This document shows, in pieces, positions 58,521 to 60,507 of a stretch of DNA of 60,507 nt. Every line of letters begins with the position of its first letter. The stretch's first letter is position 1. This DNA is from a virus (Duplodnaviria > Caudoviricetes): positions 1-60,507 of IMG/VR virus record IMGVR_UViG_3300030118_003585; one strand, 5' to 3'. The translations under genes were made by a program, and so were the position numbers. Under the pieces are notes generated by a model that searched no databases, was not told where the DNA came from, and saw only the letters and a program-made list of their open reading frames with translations.

Positions 58521-59705
58521 ATGGTAAAGAAACTTTTAATAACGTTATTAGTGTTATTTACACTAAACATCAACTCACAAGAAAAAAAAGGTATATTTAA
58601 AAGCGTTTATGACGAACTATTTAAATATGGTACTTTTTACATAGCAGGTAATGTTGGTAATGCTTACGAAACTCAACGTAAAGATTATTTTATAAGAACA
58701 AACCCTGAAAACTTATACGATATACCACAAGTTATTGACGAAACAATATATCACCCATTTGATTATAGGTATGGTATTGGTTTGCGTAAACTAGCAAGAT
58801 TTGGTTATGAAGATAAACCTAATTGGTATAACGGTACAGAAAATAATATAGCTTTATCAGCGCCTACATCAGCTGTAAAAGGTTTTGAGTATTTAATACA
58901 CTGGGAAAAAGAAAGAGAAAGATCTGAAGAGTTTATAAATTCTAGATTTTTTATTAGACATACAGGTAAATACCACATTGTAAAACTAGAACAAAGAGAA
59001 CAAGGTAATGTTGGTTTTAAATATCAATCAGCTGAGTTAAGAGCAAGACTACCAATAGGTAAAAAGTTTAGTATATCAGCAGGTGCTATTTATAGAACAC
59101 ATCAAAAACCTTATGGCTATAATCCTATAGAAATTTGGTTAAACGAAGAAGATGATCAAGGTAATGCTTTAAATCCATGGTACAGTTTAGGTTTTGAATA
59201 TGGTTATGATGATATATTTTATCAATCATATGATGAGTTAGGTAATCAAACTTATGACTGGTATTGGATAGATCCAGACGGAAACATAGTAGCTTATACT
59301 GATAGACAGTTTAGAGATTTGGTGTTTGGTGAGTTAATGAATAGATATAACAACGAAATATGGGACGCATTAGATCCTTATGCTGAAGTTGCTCCTGTTG
59401 TTGGTTTTGATTTTTATCATTATAAAAGTAAATTCTGGTTACATGCATTTGCTAACTGGATATTACCGTATCACAAATATGTAAAAGGCGACGAAGACTT
59501 TAGTTATTTAAATAGAAACAACTGGGGCCTTGGCGGTTTGAAAAAAGATTCACAACCAGAACAATGGGACGATTATCAAGCAGGTTTGATGTTTGGTTGG
59601 AAAGTTACAAAATCAATTGGTGTATTTATTGAAGGTGAATATACTAAGTTTTGGGACTCAGAAATTTACAACAGTAATGTTGGATTAAATATAACATTTA
59701 GATAA
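58521..59705 (+). CDS. secreted outer-membrane beta-barrel-like protein
   Basis: Signal peptide; aromatic alternating strands; C-terminal YNSNVGLNITFR. Confidence 0.65.
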   Translation: MVKKLLITLLVLFTLNINSQEKKGIFKSVYDELFKYGTFYIAGNVGNAYETQRKDYFIRTNPENLYDIPQVIDETIYHPFDYRYGIGLRKLARFGYEDKPNWYNGTENNIALSAPTSAVKGFEYLIHWEKERERSEEFINSRFFIRHTGKYHIVKLEQREQGNVGFKYQSAELRARLPIGKKFSISAGAIYRTHQKPYGYNPIEIWLNEEDDQGNALNPWYSLGFEYGYDDIFYQSYDELGNQTYDWYWIDPDGNIVAYTDRQFRDLVFGELMNRYNNEIWDALDPYAEVAPVVGFDFYHYKSKFWLHAFANWILPYHKYVKGDEDFSYLNRNNWGLGGLKKDSQPEQWDDYQAGLMFGWKVTKSIGVFIEGEYTKFWDSEIYNSNVGLNITFR

Positions 59706-59715
59706 AATTAAAAAT

Positions 59716-59754
59716 ATGTGTGAATTATGTCAAGGTCATTGCGGCCTTTGTTAA
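59716..59754 (+). CDS. Cys-rich micropeptide MCELCQGHCGLC
   Basis: Fills the intergenic gap with a strong A-rich leader (AAATTAAAAAT-ATG); 4 Cys in 12 aa. Confidence 0.5.
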   Translation: MCELCQGHCGLC

Positions 59755-59763
59755 TATAAAGTA

Positions 59764-60048
59764 ATGGCAACTGAATTAAACGAAAATACAAAATTAACTC
59801 TTGACCTTAAGACAATAGGTATGGTTATCGCAGGCACTGTCTCACTTGCAAGTATGTGGTTTGTTTTGCAAGGTGATATTGCAGAAGCAAAAGAACTTCC
59901 TAAACCAGAAATATCAAGAACAGAGTATGATTTAAAAGACGAATTAATAAGATCAACTATATTAGATACTCAAGATGATGTTGAAGACATTAAAGAAAAA
60001 CTTGATAAGATCGATGAAAGGTTGTATGAAATACAAAAACAAAGATGA
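59764..60048 (+). CDS. single-pass membrane coiled-coil protein
   Basis: One TM helix, then heptad repeats. Confidence 0.65.
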   Translation: MATELNENTKLTLDLKTIGMVIAGTVSLASMWFVLQGDIAEAKELPKPEISRTEYDLKDELIRSTILDTQDDVEDIKEKLDKIDERLYEIQKQR

Positions 60049-60452
60049 GATATATATTATTACTGTTAGTTTCAAGTTTATATACACAAGTAGATGTACC
60101 TGATAAATATTGGTTAGATGATACAAACTTTGAAGACGTTATAAGTGATTCAAGCGCTTTTGGTGACGATAACAGTGATACAATAGTTGTTGAATTTTGG
60201 GCTGAATTTAATGCTGATAATTGCTTAGAAGAGTGGCAAGATATTAAAAACGCTAAATATTATAGGGTTGATATAGAAAAAGCACCTAAAGCAAAAAAAG
60301 AATATAGAGTACGTATGGTACCGACTATATTAATATTTAAAGAAGGAAGCGTTGAAACAAGTTTTAAAGCAGGTTTAGATTTATCTTTACCAACAGACAT
60401 AGCAGAGTTACAAGAAACTATTGATGAAATAAATACAGCTTCTGCTTTTTAA
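60045..60452 (+). CDS. exported thioredoxin-fold protein lacking CXXC
   Basis: Signal peptide; VVEFWAEFN, YRVDIE, RVRMVPTILIFKEG. Confidence 0.7.
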   Translation: MRYILLLLVSSLYTQVDVPDKYWLDDTNFEDVISDSSAFGDDNSDTIVVEFWAEFNADNCLEEWQDIKNAKYYRVDIEKAPKAKKEYRVRMVPTILIFKEGSVETSFKAGLDLSLPTDIAELQETIDEINTASAF

Positions 60453-60462
60453 ATAGTATATT

Positions 60463-60507
60463 ATGAAAAATATTAGCGAACACATTACTTATAAAGAAGG
60501 TGTGTAT
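60463..60507 (+). CDS. 5' end of a probable peptidase M15-type endolysin (truncated)
   Basis: MKNISEHITYKEGVY resembles the N-terminus of phage M15 peptidases; only 15 aa visible. Confidence 0.4.
   Translation, partial: MKNISEHITYKEGVY

Noticed and set aside
1-60507. Stop-codon reassignment, integrase/prophage or diversity-generating retroelement
   Set aside because: Long genes are intact in the standard code; no integrase, reverse transcriptase or host flanks were seen

Overview
AT-rich, probably near-complete genome of a lytic podovirus-type tailed phage. The host is most likely a Bacteroidetes/Flavobacteria species, inferred from A-rich leaders without Shine-Dalgarno sequences and from gene content. 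There are two divergent arms that switch strand at about 16.25-16.45 kb. The minus-strand arm (16.2 kb to 0.7 kb) carries small early genes driven by an 11-copy promoter motif, a sigma-70-like factor, an HTH protein, recombination/replication genes (PD-(D/E)XK nuclease, SSB, T7 gp4-like primase-helicase, endonuclease I) and a T4 gp42-like dCMP (hydroxy)methylase beside MazG-like enzymes. The plus-strand arm (16.45 kb to the end, probably continuing into positions 1-657) carries a giant S74-chaperone tail fibre, GroEL/GroES, holin, terminase, portal, scaffold, capsid, tail and ejection proteins, and an outer-membrane barrel cassette. The most striking unexplained structure is a minus-strand non-coding RNA island at about 10.25-12.13 kb. 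It contains a textbook twister ribozyme abutting the 3' end of an unrecognised, highly base-paired ~340-nt RNA, a 74-nt tmRNA-like tRNA-like domain with G3:U70 but no mRNA domain, two tandem covarying ~90-nt RNAs, and terminator-like hairpins whose loops are antisense to AUG start regions. A 12-aa CxxCxxxCxxC micropeptide ORF in the barrel/thioredoxin cassette also stands out. All calls are from reading the sequence by eye; no searches were run.
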